The notes: a model not told the origin generated them from the sequence alone. DNA of 64,000 bases from Candidatus Mycoplasma liparidae (GCA_009884515.1 RHHX01000001.1:254956-318955); one strand, 5' to 3'. Shown: positions 1-12,880, numbered from the stretch's first letter. Numbers and translations are program-made.

Positions 1-258
1 TTAAACAATGTAAAAGATCTAATAAAAGAATTAGAAATTACTAATAATGAGGAAAACGTTAAATGAGCTTATAAAATGCTTATTAAAAAAGCTAAACTTG
101 ATATCATAAAACATAAAATTTCATCTTGTAGTACTGATGATAGCTGTAAAACTGATTGTTGCACTGATGGTAATTGTGAATGTGGCGATAGCTGTGAATG
201 TGGCGATAGCTGTGAATGCAATACTGGTTCAGGATGTTCAACTACTAAAGGTAAATAG
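1..258 (+). CDS. 3' end of a CDS (5' end outside the window) with a Cys-rich, metallothionein-like C-terminal tail
   Basis: Frame 1 is open from base 1 to TAG at 256-258, with one in-frame TGA at 64-66. The last 44 aa contain 11 Cys, including tandem CECGDS units. A hairpin terminator follows. Confidence 0.5.
175..219 (+). repeat. 18-nt in-frame tandem repeat (tgtgaatgtggcgatagc, about 2.5 copies) encoding CECGDS
   Basis: Direct reading gives identical copies at 175-192 and 193-210, and a partial copy at 211-219. Confidence 0.9.
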
Positions 259-294
259 TTTTAAAACTTAACTTAAATTAAAAATTTAATAAAA

Positions 295-331
295 AAAAAT
301 AATATCACTTCTTAGCGATATTATTTTTTTT
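295..331 (+). terminator. Rho-independent terminator
   Basis: The 12-bp stem aaaaataatatc / gatattattttt has a 10-nt loop and is followed by a T run. Confidence 0.7.
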
Positions 332-384
332 ATTATCTATAAAGCAAATATTATTTATAATTAGATAGAAACAATGGTGATTTT

Positions 385-1938
385 ATGAGTATATTAAGAG
401 TTAAAGGCCTTTCTCAAAGCTTTGGTCAAAAAGAAGTATTTAGAAATGTTAACTTTGATTTAAGAAAAGGCGAACATATTGGTCTTATTGGTAGTAATGG
501 TCATGGTAAATCTACTTTCATGAAAATTATTGCTAAAAAGGATGAACCTACTTTAGGTGAAATTATTTGAAGCAGAGATATTATTGTTGGTTATATGGAT
601 CAACATGCTGAATTAGATAAAGAATTAACTGTAAGAGAATTTCTTAGAAAAGCTTTTGATAATATGTTCAAACTTGAACAAAAGATGATTGGTTATTATG
701 AAAATACAGAAAATCTAAGTGATGAAAAAATTGATGAAAATATGGAAAAAGCCGGAATTATTCAAGATCAACTTTACCATGGTGATTTTTATCAAATTGA
801 TGTAAAAATAGAAAAAGTATCTGTTGGTCTTGGAATCAATGAATTTGGTTGAGATAAACTTATTAGTAATTTATCAGGTGGAGAAAGAACAAAATTACTT
901 TTAGCTAAACTTCTTTTGGAAAATCCTGAAGTTTTATTATTAGATGAACCTACTAATTTTTTAGATGAAAATCATATTGAATGATTAAAACAATATTTAT
1001 TAAATTATGAAAATGCTTTTATTTTAATATCACATGAACTTGAATTTTTAAACCCATTAGTTAATGTAATATGTCATGTTGAAAATAAAAATATAGTTCG
1101 ATACACTGGTAACTATGATTCATTTATTAAAACTTTTGAAACAAACCAAAATAAACTTATTTCAAGTTATGTTAAACAACAAAAACGAATCAATGAAATC
1201 CAAACTTTTATTGATAAAAATAGTGCAAGAGCTTCAACTAGTAAAAGAGCAAAATCAAAACAAAAGGCTCTTGATAAAATTGAAAGAATTGAATTAAACG
1301 AAAAAATTCAAATACCAAATTTCACTTTTAAAGAAGCTAGAAAACCTTCAAAAATTGTTCTTGAAACTAAAGACTTAGTTATTGGTTATGAAACTGCATT
1401 AACAAAACCTTTAAACTTAATGATTGAAAGAGGAACTAAAATTGCAATTATAGGAACTAATGGTCTTGGTAAAACTACTTTATTAAAAAGTTTAATTAAT
1501 ATTAATAAACCAATATCTGGTGAAATTAACTTAGGTCAGTTTTTAGAAATTGGTTATTTTGAACAAGAAAGTGAAAAAAGTTCTCTAACATGTCTTGAAG
1601 ATGTTTGAGAAAGTTTTGATCAGGAACACAAAAATCATAAATCAGTAAGAGGCGCTTTAGCTAGAGTTGGTCTAACTAAAAATCATATTGAATCTAGATT
1701 ATCAGTTTTAAGTGGTGGAGAACAAGCTAAAATAAAGTTATGTAAACTTATTAATAAAGAAAGTAATTTCTTAATTTTAGATGAACCTACAAACCATTTA
1801 GATAAAGCAGCTAAAGCAGAATTAAAAAGAGCTATTAAAAATTATGCTGGAACACTTTTAATAGTTAGCCATGAATCCGATTTTTATAAAGATTTAGTTG
1901 ATCAAGTTTGAGATTGTGAAACTTGAATTATCGATTAG
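385..1938 (+). CDS. ABC-F family ATPase (two ABC cassettes, no TM domain; Uup/EttA-like)
   Basis: Track ORFs 385-570, 595-852 and 1420-1608 share one frame and join through TGA codons only (checked). Walker A motifs are [12 protein letters not shown] and [12 protein letters not shown]. Signatures are [10 protein letters not shown] and [10 protein letters not shown]. Stop is TAG at 1936-1938. Confidence 0.85.
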
Positions 1939-3010
1939 CATAATAAATTAAGTTGGATTCATTTCTTTGAAAATCAACTTTTTTATCATTACCAAAGTTT
2001 TTTAATTCAGGATCAATATCTAAATAATCTTCAGCTTTTTTAATGTGAAGCATTTTAAGAAGTTTTATATATCCCAACATGTAATAAGATTTGAAAAGTA
2101 AAGGAATATTTACATATCTATATTTTGGTAAAATAAATTGACAAACAATGATCATTATTACACCAAAAGCTAATAACAAACCATTAATTACATAAGTGCC
2201 TGTAAATTCAAACTCGTTAAATCTCATCGGTTCTAAAATAAATCTGATTATTCCATAGGTGACAAAATAACTTCCGGTAATAACTCCTGCTCTAATATTT
2301 TTAATAAAATTAAAACCAATATAAATAATTCCAAAAGCAATTAAATTTGCTCATTGTTCATATAAAAACAATGGAGCATAATAAGCACCATTAACTATTC
2401 CGGTAGCGGTATTATGAGTAGCTTGCATTTTATCAAAAACACCAGGCATGAAAGATTCTAATCAACTTAAACTTCCAACTGATACCTCTTGACCAAAGAT
2501 TTCTCCATTGAAAAAATTTCCTCATCTACCAATTGCTTGGCCTATTAAAATACAAGGTATAATAGCATCAGCAAGTAGTAAAAAACTAGGTTTTCTAATA
2601 TATACTTCACCATCTTCAATAACTTGAATATGATATTTAGGTTTATTTAGCATAATATTAAAGAAAATTATTCCGGCTATTCCAGCAAAAATAACTCCTC
2701 CTTGAATGGCTAGGCCACCTTGGTTAAAATTAAAGAAATTTTCTCACTGAGCATCTCCAATGGCACAGGATCAGAGCCTAGCGCCAAAAATAGAAGCTGG
2801 AATTGCTATGAATATATAATATATTGCTAAGTCATATGAAATTTTATAAACATAATGAAGTTTGATACAAGCTATTACTAACCCTGTTAAAAACCCAAGC
2901 ATAACAAAGATTGCATATCAATATATTGGAAGGTCTCACATAATAAAGGCTATTCTAAAAGAATCTTCACTTGGTCTTAAAGTATTTCCTAAATCATCTA
3001 CTTTTAGCAT
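1928..3010 (-). CDS. lgt: Prolipoprotein diacylglyceryl transferase
   Basis: The minus frame is open from 3010 to 1928 with TGA=Trp (checked line by line). It is a multi-TM protein with the Lgt signature AIGRWGNFFNGEIFGQE. The 3' end overlaps the ABC-F stop by 11 nt. Confidence 0.8.
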
Positions 3011-3023
3011 TTAGCACTCCTTT

Positions 3024-3902
3024 TTAAAAAACATTTATCTTATTATTTTTTAAAACTAAAAATCTATTATCTTCTAACCGATATTTTTTAAAACTTGTTG
3101 ATTCAATAAAATCAATAATGTTCAAAATTTTTAAATATGATAATTGGTTAATGTTATTTGCTTTTAAAAAATTATATATTAAATAATATTGAATTTCTTT
3201 ATTTGGAATATTCTTAAAGGAAGAAATATCAAAATCAGTTTTTTTTCATTTATCTTCAAGTTCTTTAATTTCTTTAATTAAAGTTTTATTAGTATTGTTA
3301 TAATCATTTATTCTTTTAATAAAAAATAGCAGATCATCGCTTTTTCATTTACTAATTAATATTCTAATTTCATTTCTTTTATAAATTGGTTCAGAATTAC
3401 TAGAATCAATCGCATAGTGTATGTTATTCTCTACACAATATCTTTCTAACGTTGATTTTCTTAGCTTAATTAGCGGTCTTAAAATGTTTAAAGACTGATA
3501 ATTACTTTTTTTATTGATTCCATAAAAAAGTGCTTTTGATTTTTTTGAAAATTGCATAAATGCTGTTTCAATATGATCATCTAAATTGTGAGCTATTAAA
3601 ATATTATTAAGATTTATTTTATTAGCAATTTCAAGAAAAAAATTATACCTAATCTTTCTAGCTACATCTTGAAAATTATTTGACTTATATGAATCATACA
3701 TTTCATCAGTTACTTCTAGTAAGAAAAAATCAATATTATTTTTAAAACAATATTCTTTAACAATATCAACGTCAAGTTGAGAATCACTTCTTTTTTGATA
3801 ATTAATAGTGCAAACAGCTACTATTTTGTTTTTATACATATTCAACATAGCCATAGAATCAGGACCACCTGATATTGCAGCTATATATTTTTTAGCTAAC
3901 AT
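3024..3902 (-). CDS. tilS: tRNA(Ile)-lysidine synthase
   Basis: The PP-loop AISGGPDSMAM lies at the N-terminus. The frame continues past TGA 3345-3347 to TAA at 3024-3026 (292 aa). Confidence 0.85.
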
Positions 3903-4476
3903 TATTAACCTGACTAATTTTCTTAGCTAAGTTAACAAAATTATTATCTAAATTATCTTTTAAAACATCAGTTAATTTATTGATAATATTAACTACTTTA
4001 TTTTCTTCTTCTTGATTAAAATTACTCAGAACATAATTAGCTAGATCAATATTTTTATCAGGAGCTCCTATTCCAATTCTTATTCGATGAATATTTTGAT
4101 TATTAAATTTATTAATGATGTCTTTTATACCTTTTTGACCACCACTAGAACCATCTGTTTTGAATCGATAATTGCCAATTTTTGTATCAATATCATCATA
4201 AATAATTAATAGATCTTCTTTAATATCAATTTTATAAAAGTTAGCAATCTTAACAATAAAATCACCTGATAAATTCATATAAGTCATTGGTTTTGCAAAA
4301 ATTATTTTAGTATCATTAAAATGATATTCAATATAGGAACCATCAAACTTATCTTTTCATGAATCAAGATTTATTTTTTTCACTAAAATATCGATAAATT
4401 TAAAACCAACATTATGCTTATTTTTTTGATATTTTCCACCAGGATTACCTAATCCTACAATAATTTTAGTCATCAT
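3892..4476 (-). CDS. pth: Peptidyl-tRNA hydrolase
   Basis: The N-terminal motif is [18 protein letters not shown]. Track ORFs 4357-4575 and 3892-4287 are in the same frame, joined by TGA. Start is placed at MMTKIIVG. The gene overlaps the tilS start by 11 nt. Confidence 0.88.
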
Positions 4477-4648
4477 TACCTTATTAATTATAAACATTTT
4501 ATCAACATAGTTATAAATATAATTATTAGTATAATATATAGTATAATTAAATTGCTTTTTAGACTTTATAAACATTAATCAACAGTACTAATAATAATAA
4601 ATAAGAAAAATAAAATGCAAATTAATATTTATCGCTTAAAGGTTTATT

Positions 4649-5773
4649 TTGAAACTAATCATTAACAAAAACACTATTAATAAAATATTAAAGAGAACTA
4701 ATAGTGTTATTATTAATAATAACATCAATCCTTTATTGGATAATTTCTTATTGATTGCTGAAGATAAAGCATTAACTGTTATTTGTGGAAATCAAAATAA
4801 CGATCGATTAAAATTTATCATTAAAGAAGGTTTTGAAATCATTAAAGAAGGTAAGATCTTAATAAAATCAAAAATCATTTCAAAAATAGTTAATAATCTT
4901 AAAAATGAAAAAATCCTTTTAGAAAAAATTGAAGAAAATACTTTAAAAATTACTAATTCAACTTTTGAAGCTGAAATGGTTCTATTAAAAACTGATGAGT
5001 ACTTTGAGTACCAATTTAATTTATCAGAAGAAAAAGAGATATTTACTTTAACCTATGAGCAGTTTCAAACGATTGTTGATAAAACTTCTCATGCTGTTTT
5101 AATGAATAACTCATTAGTTAACTCTGTAATGAATAATATTCACTTTTTAAACGATAGTGAAAATAAAATAATCAAGATAGCTGCAACTGACGGTTTTAAA
5201 ATAGCTTTTCTAGAATTAGAATTTAATAACCCTATTAAATTGGATTTTATTGTTAGTCTTGAAATTTTTAAAAGAATATTAAGTCTTGCTAATAAAAATA
5301 GTGAAATTAAAATTAGTATTAAAGATAATAATATTTACTTTCAATTCGACGATACTTTAATTTTTTCAAGCATTGTTATTGCTCAATTTCCCCATGTTGA
5401 AAGAATGTTTATCAATAATCCAATTGTGAATTTTTCGATTGATCGAAATGAACTATTAAATTCAATAGAAAAAGGTTCTATTTTTGTTATGAAAGATGAT
5501 ACACCTATTGTTGATATTACAATTGAAAAAAGTAAAATGATTATTAATTTTAAATCATTAGAAATTGGTACATCAATTGAAACGTTAGATATTAAAAACC
5601 ATACTGGTGATAAAATAAAGATACTATTAAATGTTAATTATTTATCAGCGATTTTAAAGGCTTTTGATCATGATTATATTAAATTTGAAATCGAATCTTA
5701 TATAAAACCTATCATTATTAAAGATGAAAAAAATCATAGTTTTAAACAATTGATTTCACCTATCAGATATTAG
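4649..5773 (+). CDS. dnaN: DNA polymerase III beta subunit (sliding clamp)
   Basis: This is a 374-aa ORF with a TTG start, directly upstream of yaaA-gyrB-gyrA as in Firmicutes. The call rests on size and synteny rather than on a sharp motif. Confidence 0.75.
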   Translation: MKLIINKNTINKILKRTNSVIINNNINPLLDNFLLIAEDKALTVICGNQNNDRLKFIIKEGFEIIKEGKILIKSKIISKIVNNLKNEKILLEKIEENTLKITNSTFEAEMVLLKTDEYFEYQFNLSEEKEIFTLTYEQFQTIVDKTSHAVLMNNSLVNSVMNNIHFLNDSENKIIKIAATDGFKIAFLELEFNNPIKLDFIVSLEIFKRILSLANKNSEIKISIKDNNIYFQFDDTLIFSSIVIAQFPHVERMFINNPIVNFSIDRNELLNSIEKGSIFVMKDDTPIVDITIEKSKMIINFKSLEIGTSIETLDIKNHTGDKIKILLNVNYLSAILKAFDHDYIKFEIESYIKPIIIKDEKNHSFKQLISPIRY

Positions 5774-5790
5774 GTTTTAATTATTAATTT

Positions 5791-5824
5791 AAAAAGGTTA
5801 TCTTTTGAAAAAGTAGCCTTTTTT
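5791..5824 (+). terminator. Candidate terminator after dnaN
   Basis: A hairpin aaaggttat / gtagccttt (two G-U pairs) is followed by a T run. Confidence 0.4.
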
Positions 5825-5847
5825 ATGGTAATATTTATATATTATTT

Positions 5848-6099
5848 ATGATAAAAAAAGATGAAAAAATGCAAGAAATATTGATTAAAACAGAGTACAT
5901 TAATTTAGGTCAATTTTTGAAATTTACTAATATAGTTGAAAATGGTTCATTAGCTAAAATTTATATTAGTGAAAATGAAATCTTAGTCAATAATGAAATT
6001 GAAAATCGACGTGGTCGAAAATTATATGATGGTTATATTTTAGTTATTGATAATATCAAATATCAAATTAAAAAATCAGAGGAGATTAAGAATGATTAA
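5848..6099 (+). CDS. yaaA: S4-domain RNA-binding protein, YaaA-like
   Basis: [46 protein letters not shown] matches the Bacillus YaaA pattern. The position between dnaN and gyrB is conserved. The true start may be ATG 5869. The gene overlaps the gyrB start. Confidence 0.8.
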   Translation: MIKKDEKMQEILIKTEYINLGQFLKFTNIVENGSLAKIYISENEILVNNEIENRRGRKLYDGYILVIDNIKYQIKKSEEIKND

Positions 6100-8089
6100 T
6101 GATAAAAAAGATGATCAAATAATTGAAGAAGAATTAAAAGAGATTATAACTGAACAAGTTGAATATACTACTGATAGTATAAAAGTTCTTGAAGGTCTTG
6201 AAGCTGTTAGAAAAAGACCAGGGATGTATATTGGTTCAACTGGTGAAAAGGGTCTTCACCATATGATCTGAGAAATAGTTGATAACTGTATTGATGAAGC
6301 TATGGCTGATTTTGCTACTTTTGTTGATCTAAAAATATGTCAAGATGGTTCTATTAGAGTTGAAGATGATGGTCGAGGTATACCAGTTGGTATCCATGAA
6401 AAAACTGGAAAATCAGGTGTTGAAACTGTTTTAACTATTCTTCATGCTGGTGGAAAATTTGATAATAGTTCATATAAAGTTTCCGGTGGGTTACATGGTG
6501 TTGGGGCTAGTGTTGTTAATGCTTTAAGTGAATGATTTAGAGTTTGAGTTCAAAAAAATAATGAAGAATATTATATTGAATTTACTAATGGTGGGGTTCC
6601 AACTGAAGATCTAAAAAAAATTGGTAAAACTGATAAAAAACACGGAACAATCATTCAATTTTATCCTGACTTTACAATCATGGAAAAAGCTGATTGAGAT
6701 GAAAAAAGAATCATTGAAAAATTAAAAGAATTAGCTTATTTAAATAAAGGCATTATTATTAGATTTTCATCAGAACAAACTGGTCTTACTGAAGAATGAA
6801 AATTTGATGGCGGACTAGAAGAATATGTTAAAGATTTGAACAGTGAAAAAGACCCTTTAATACCAATGATTATTTATGGTGAATTAAGTGGTCTTGCTAA
6901 AATTCCAAGTTCATTAAATAATGAAGCATATAACATCAAATGTGAGGTTGCTTTTCAGTATAATAAAACTTATAATAACTCTTTACATTCATTTTGTAAT
7001 AACATCAACACAGTTGAAGGTGGAACTCATGAAGAAGGCTTTAGACTTGCTATGGTTAAAGTTATTAATCGTTTTGCACTTGAATATAAATATTTAAAAG
7101 ATGGTGATGACAAAATTACTAGAGATGATGTTGTTGAAGGTTTAACTGCTATTTTATCAGTTAAACACCCTAATCCTCAATATGAAGGTCAAACTAAAGG
7201 TAAATTAGGAAATACTGAAGTTAGAAAATTTGTTAATGATATTGTTACCCAAATTTTTGAAAAATTTATGTTGGAAAACCCTGTAGAAGCTAAAATTATT
7301 CTTCAAAAATCATTACTTGCTAGAGATGCTAGAAAAAAATCTTCTGAAGCTAGAGAAGCTACTAGAAGAAAATCTCCATTTGGATCAAATTCACTTCCTG
7401 GTAAACTAGCTGATTGTTCAACTAGAAATCCTGAAATTTCAGAATTATATATTGTGGAAGGGGATTCAGCTGGTGGTAGTGCTAAAATTGGTCGAGAAAG
7501 AGAATTTCAAGCTATTTTACCTTTAAAAGGGAAGATCATTAATATTGAAAAAGCTAAATCAGATAAAATTTTTCAAAATGATGAAATTTTATATATGATT
7601 ACGGCTATTGGTGCCGGTGTTGGTCCCGAATTTGATATTGAAAAATTAAGATATAACAAAATAATCATTATGACAGATGCTGATGTTGATGGTTCTCATA
7701 TTCGAATTTTAATGTTAACTTTCTTTTTTAGATATATGCTTCCATTAATTCAAAACGGAAATGTTTTTATTGCTCAACCACCTCTTTATAAAGTATCAAG
7801 TGGAAAGACCAGTAAATATGCTTATAACGAAAATGAATTAACAGCTATTAAAGATGAATTAGGTAATGCAAGATTTACTATTCAAAGATATAAAGGTCTT
7901 GGTGAAATGGATCCAATTCAATTATGAGAAACAACAATGAATCCTGAAAATAGAGTTCTATTAAAAGTTGTAATTGAAGATGCTATTATTGCTGATAAAC
8001 AATTTTCTTTACTGATGGGTGATGATGTTGCTCCTAGAAAAGAATTTATTGCTAAGAATGCAAAATACGTTAAAAATATCGATGTTTAA
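6092..8089 (+). CDS. gyrB: DNA gyrase subunit B
   Basis: Four track ORFs share one frame, joined by TGA. Motifs are [61 protein letters not shown] and [12 protein letters not shown]. An RBS gaggag lies upstream of ATG 6092. Confidence 0.97.
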
Positions 8090-8113
8090 TAAACATTAGT
8101 TGAAAGGTTTAAT

Positions 8114-10669
8114 ATGGCTATAGGAAAATCAAAAAAAGGACGTTTGACAATTGAAGAAATTAAAGATCAATTGCTTAAAACAAAAATAATTGAACATTCA
8201 ATTGTTAATGAATTAGAAACATCTTTTATGGAATATGCAATGTCTACTATTGTAGCAAGAGCACTTCCTGATGCAAGAGATGGTTTAAAACCTGTCCATA
8301 GAAGAGTTTTATATGCGGCTTATGGTCTTAATATGACTAGTGATAAACCACATAAAAAATCTGCTAGATTAGTTGGTGAAGTTATTGGTAAGTATCACCC
8401 ACATGGTGATACTGCTGCTTATTTAACAATGGTTAGAATGGCTCAACATTTTTCAATGAGATATCCTCTTATTGATGGTCATGGGAATTTTGGTTCTGTT
8501 GATGGTGATTCTCCTGCTGCTATGAGATATACTGAAGCTAGATTAAGTAAAATATCAAATGAACTTTTAAGAAACATTGAAAAAAATACTGTTCCTTTTG
8601 TTGAAAACTATGATGGTAGTGAAATTGAACCAACTGTATTTCCAACAATATTACCTAATTTGTTATTAAATGGATCAAGTGGTATTGCTGTTGGTATGGC
8701 TACTAATATGCCTCCACATGCTTTAACTGAAGTTTGTAATGCTATTAAAGCTCTTATTGTAAATCCTGAAATTGAAATTGAAGGTTTAATGGAACATATT
8801 AAAGGACCAGATTTTCCAACCGGTGCTGAAATTGTTGGTGAAAGTGGAATTTATGATTACTTTACTACAGGTAAAGGTTCAATAACTATTCGTTCTAAAT
8901 ATACTATTGAAGATATTGGTAATAATAAACATGCAATTATCTTTAATGAAATTCCATATGTTGTTAATAAATTAAACTTAATTAATAAAATTGTTGATTT
9001 AGTTAAATCAGGCGCTATTGATAGTATTAGTGATTTAAGAGATGAATCATCAAGAGATGGAATTAGAATTGTTATTGAAACTAAAAGAGATGTAATTCCA
9101 ACAGTTTTATTAAACAAATTATACAAATCAACACCATTACAAACAAATTTTAGTGTTAATAATTTAGCTCTAGTAGACGGAGTTCCTAAAATTTTAAATA
9201 TCAAAGAGTTGATGGAAATTTATTTAAGACACCAATATGATGTTTTAGAAAGAAAATTTAAATTTGAACTTAAAAAAGCTGAAGAAAGAGCCCATATTCT
9301 TGCTGGGCTTTTAATTGCTGTTCAAAATATTGATGCTGTTATTAAAATTGTTAGATCAGCTGATAATAATGAAAATGCTCAAAAAGAATTAATTTTGAAA
9401 TTTGAATTATCAGAAATTCAATCAAAAGCAATTTTAGATATGAGATTAAGATCTTTATCTGGTCTTGAAAGAGGCAAAGTCGAAAAAGAATTTACAGAAC
9501 TTAATTTAACAATTAGTGATATTAAAGATATTCTTGCTAATAAAGAAAGACAAAGTAAGATTATTGTTGAAAACTTAGATTATCTAATTGAAAAATATGG
9601 TGATAAAAGACAAACTAATATTCTTTATGGAGTTTCAGCATCAATTGATGATGAAGATTTGATTCCTGTTGAAGATATTGTTGTAATTATGAGTAGAAGA
9701 GGGTATTTAAAACGTTTACCGATTGATACTTATCGAACTCAACATCGTGGTGGAGTTGGTGTTATTGGTTCTAAAGTTAATGAAGACGATGATATTGATA
9801 AAATATTAACAACTTCAACTCATGTTGATTTATTAATATTTACTGATTTAGGTAAAGTGTATCGAGTAAGAGGACATGAAATTCCAATTGGTTCTAGACA
9901 ATCAAAAGGTATTCCTGCTATCAACATTATTAATATTGAAAAAAATGAAAGAATTTTATCAATATTGCCAATTGATAATTATGATGATGGTAGTTTATTT
10001 TTCGTTACTAAAAATGGTCTTGGTAAAAGAACAAGACTTAGTGAATTTTCTAAAATTAGAATTACTGGTAAAATTGCTATTAGTCTGAAAGAAGAAGATA
10101 AACTTTTTGATGTTAGAAAAACAATGGGTGATGAAGAAATATTCATCGGTGCTTCTAATGGTAAATTAGTTAGATTTGCTGAAGATAATGTTAGGAAAAT
10201 GGGTAGAAAAACTTCAGGTGTTAAAGTTATTAATCTTAATATTGAAGCAAAAGAACAAGTTGTTGGTTTTAATACTTCAAGTGAAGGTGAATTTATCCTT
10301 TCTGTTGGTTCTAAAGGGTTAGGTAAATTAACTGATGTTAATTCATACCGTTTAACTAAAAGAGGAGCTAAAGGTGTTGTTACACTTAAGGTAACTCCTA
10401 AAACAGGTAAACTTGCTTCAACTAAAATAGTTAAAGGTGATGAAGAATTATTATTAATCACAACTAGTGGTAAAGTAATTCGTTTACCAATTGATCAAAT
10501 TTCAATAACTAAATCTAGAAGCACTAGTGGTGTTATTTTAATGAACTTAGAATCAGGTGAAAAAATTCAATCTGTAGCAATCTTTAAATCAGAAAGAAAT
10601 ATTGAAGAAATGGTATTAGAATTTGAAAAAACTAAACAATTAGAATTAGGAGATAATGATGAAAAATAA
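8114..10669 (+). CDS. gyrA: DNA gyrase subunit A
   Basis: This is an uninterrupted 851-aa ORF. Motifs are [27 protein letters not shown] (QRDR) and the active-site [10 protein letters not shown]. Confidence 0.97.
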   Translation: MAIGKSKKGRLTIEEIKDQLLKTKIIEHSIVNELETSFMEYAMSTIVARALPDARDGLKPVHRRVLYAAYGLNMTSDKPHKKSARLVGEVIGKYHPHGDTAAYLTMVRMAQHFSMRYPLIDGHGNFGSVDGDSPAAMRYTEARLSKISNELLRNIEKNTVPFVENYDGSEIEPTVFPTILPNLLLNGSSGIAVGMATNMPPHALTEVCNAIKALIVNPEIEIEGLMEHIKGPDFPTGAEIVGESGIYDYFTTGKGSITIRSKYTIEDIGNNKHAIIFNEIPYVVNKLNLINKIVDLVKSGAIDSISDLRDESSRDGIRIVIETKRDVIPTVLLNKLYKSTPLQTNFSVNNLALVDGVPKILNIKELMEIYLRHQYDVLERKFKFELKKAEERAHILAGLLIAVQNIDAVIKIVRSADNNENAQKELILKFELSEIQSKAILDMRLRSLSGLERGKVEKEFTELNLTISDIKDILANKERQSKIIVENLDYLIEKYGDKRQTNILYGVSASIDDEDLIPVEDIVVIMSRRGYLKRLPIDTYRTQHRGGVGVIGSKVNEDDDIDKILTTSTHVDLLIFTDLGKVYRVRGHEIPIGSRQSKGIPAINIINIEKNERILSILPIDNYDDGSLFFVTKNGLGKRTRLSEFSKIRITGKIAISLKEEDKLFDVRKTMGDEEIFIGASNGKLVRFAEDNVRKMGRKTSGVKVINLNIEAKEQVVGFNTSSEGEFILSVGSKGLGKLTDVNSYRLTKRGAKGVVTLKVTPKTGKLASTKIVKGDEELLLITTSGKVIRLPIDQISITKSRSTSGVILMNLESGEKIQSVAIFKSERNIEEMVLEFEKTKQLELGDNDEK

Positions 10670-11555
10670 AATAACAAAAGCAATAATTCTAGCGGCTGGA
10701 ATTGGATCAAGATTTTTACCTTCTTCAAAAGCAATTCCTAAAGAAATGTTCCCAATAATAGACATTCCAACAATTCAATTAATTGTTGAAGATGCTGTTA
10801 ATTCTGGAATTACAGATATTATTTTTGTGCTTTCTAATTCTAAAAATGCTATTGTTGAACATTTTAACTATAACTATGAATTAGAAGAACGTTTAAAAAT
10901 AAATAATAAAATAGCGGCTTATAAAAAAATAAGAGATGTTGCTGACTTAGCTAGATTTACTTTTGTTAGACAAAAAGAACCATTAGGATTAGGTCATGCT
11001 ATTTTACAGTGTAAACATTTAATCAACAAAGATGAAAAATTTGTTGTTTTATTAGGTGATAATTTTATTAAACCTATTGATAATAATTATGCAACTAAAC
11101 AATGTATTGATGCTAGTTATGAAACTAATGCAACAATCATCGGTGTTCAAGAAGTTACTGATGCAGATGTTCAAAAATTTGGAATAGTAAAACCATTTGA
11201 TAAAAAAATAGTAATTGATCAAAAACCATTTGTAATTGAATCAGTTATTGAAAAACCAAAACTAGCAGATGCTCCTAGTAAATATGCTATTTTAGGAGTT
11301 TATGTATTTGGATTTAATATTTTCAATGAAATTGAAAATATTAAAATTGATGAAAGCAATGAAATTCAATTAACAGATGCTATTTCATCATTAGCTTTAA
11401 AAGAAAAAGTTTACGCTAAAAACTTTATAGGTAAACATTATGATATTGGATCTAAATTAGGATTTGTTAAAGCAACTATTGATATTGCACTTGAAAGTGA
11501 TGAGATTAAAAAAGATGTTTTAGATTACATAAAAAGAATTATTTCCCAGAAATAA
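10656..11555 (+). CDS. galU: UTP-glucose-1-phosphate uridylyltransferase
   Basis: The N-terminal motif is [21 protein letters not shown], followed by [12 protein letters not shown]. Confidence 0.85.
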   Translation: MMKNKITKAIILAAGIGSRFLPSSKAIPKEMFPIIDIPTIQLIVEDAVNSGITDIIFVLSNSKNAIVEHFNYNYELEERLKINNKIAAYKKIRDVADLARFTFVRQKEPLGLGHAILQCKHLINKDEKFVVLLGDNFIKPIDNNYATKQCIDASYETNATIIGVQEVTDADVQKFGIVKPFDKKIVIDQKPFVIESVIEKPKLADAPSKYAILGVYVFGFNIFNEIENIKIDESNEIQLTDAISSLALKEKVYAKNFIGKHYDIGSKLGFVKATIDIALESDEIKKDVLDYIKRIISQK

Positions 11556-11752
11556 TTCTTTTTGTTAAGATAAATATTCTGATTTTTTCGTTTATTTTAG
11601 CAAAATATTTATTATTGAAATTTGTTCTATGTTTAGTAACAATTAAATTTGTTTTATTAGAAACAGATTGCTTTCCATTTTCAATCATAATTTATACCTC
11701 ACTTAATTAACTTTAATAAAAATTATAACATAATTATCTATGTTATATTTTT

Positions 11753-12130
11753 TTAACTTTTTTTAGTTTTTTTATCTTGGTTTTTAGTTTTTTCTTCTTT
11801 CGAATTCAAACCTTTTAATCCAAGATCATTCAGTTCATTAATAACATCAGGAGTAAATTCACTTAATAAATTTTCAATAGTTTTACTCACATCTTCAAGA
11901 TTTTTTGCACCATCAAACATTTTTTCTAGAACATTTTGAGCATTACCACTTAATTTTTCAATACCACCACTTTTTCCTAAAAAATGTAATTGAGTATTGA
12001 TAGCATTTTCAACATAATTTTCAACAAATTGCTGGAAATCGTCACCTGCTAAAACTCCAAGTTTATTAAATTCTTTTCTAAGAATCTTTAAATTTTCATC
12101 TGATATAGTTAATGTTATTCTTTTTGGCAT
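11753..12130 (-). CDS. Hypothetical protein (N-terminus MPKRITLTISDENLKIL looks ribbon-helix-helix-like)
   Basis: This is an intact 125-aa ORF immediately downstream of the DUF45-like gene on the same strand. Confidence 0.5.
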   Translation of the reverse strand: MPKRITLTISDENLKILRKEFNKLGVLAGDDFQQFVENYVENAINTQLHFLGKSGGIEKLSGNAQNVLEKMFDGAKNLEDVSKTIENLLSEFTPDVINELNDLGLKGLNSKEEKTKNQDKKTKKS

Positions 12131-12167
12131 AATTCCTCATTAATTAAATTATATATTTTTTTTAAAA

Positions 12168-12860
12168 TTATTTTTCAAATTTCATTTTTTGTCTTATTTG
12201 ATTAAAATCAGGACAAAAGATTTTAACAAAATTTCAAAATTCAGGAGAATGGTTATTATGAACTATATGAGCTAATTCATGAATAATAACATAATCAATC
12301 ATATTTTGACTTAAAGCAAATAATCTTGTTGAAAGATAGATATCCTTTGATGTTGTATTACATTTGCCTCATACACCTGTATATCACTTGTAATGAGTTT
12401 TATTATATTTGATATTCATTTTTCTTGATCAGTATTTAACTCTTGAATCAATATAATCTTTTGTTTCATTTAAAAGAATCTTTTTAACCATACTTTCATA
12501 GTTTGAAAAAGTTTTAGTATAAATAAAAATCTTATTATTAATAATTTCATATTTTTCAGCTTTAAGAGTTAGGATTGGTTTGATAGTATATTTTACATCT
12601 CTTATATATAAAATATTATTTGTTAGATCAATTCTTTTAGTATAGTTTTCTCTATTTTCAAGCATCTTATAGATCTTTTTAAAATTAAGATCAATAAAAG
12701 TTTCTATTTGATTAATAGGATAATCAAATGGGGCTGAAACTTCAATTGTCTTTAAATCATTATTTAAAATAGCTGAAAGGGTTTTATTTTTTCGATAAAT
12801 TATTTTATAAATTATTTTTTGATCACCATTGATTGCTATTCTAAAATCAAAACTTGCCAT
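12168..12860 (-). CDS. YgjP/DUF45-like zinc metallohydrolase (HExxH)
   Basis: Track ORF 12429-12860 continues through several TGA codons to TAA at 12168-12170. The C-terminal part reads MIDYVIIHELAHIVHNNHSPEFWNFV. Confidence 0.75.
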
Positions 12861-12880
12861 ATTTATCCTTTACATAGATA

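Noticed and set aside
1115-1297. 60-aa ORF inside the ABC-F gene
   Set aside because: It lies in a different frame from the verified continuous ABC-F reading frame (385-1938).
4499-4584. Calling the pth-dnaN intergenic region oriC
   Set aside because: It has only two degenerate DnaA-box-like 9-mers and no adjacent dnaA. The evidence is insufficient, so it is reported only as a low-interest observation.
8857-10461. Track ORFs 8857-9204 (-), 9876-10088 (+) and 9979-10461 (-) inside gyrA
   Set aside because: They are antisense or off-frame within an uninterrupted, strongly conserved 851-aa gyrA. They have low-complexity composition and no start context.
11539-11688. 49-aa minus-strand ORF (MIENGKQSVSNKTNLIV...) with a GTGAGGT-like RBS, overlapping the galU 3' end
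   Set aside because: It is too short and has no recognisable motif. It could be real but cannot be supported from sequence alone, so it is not listed as a feature.
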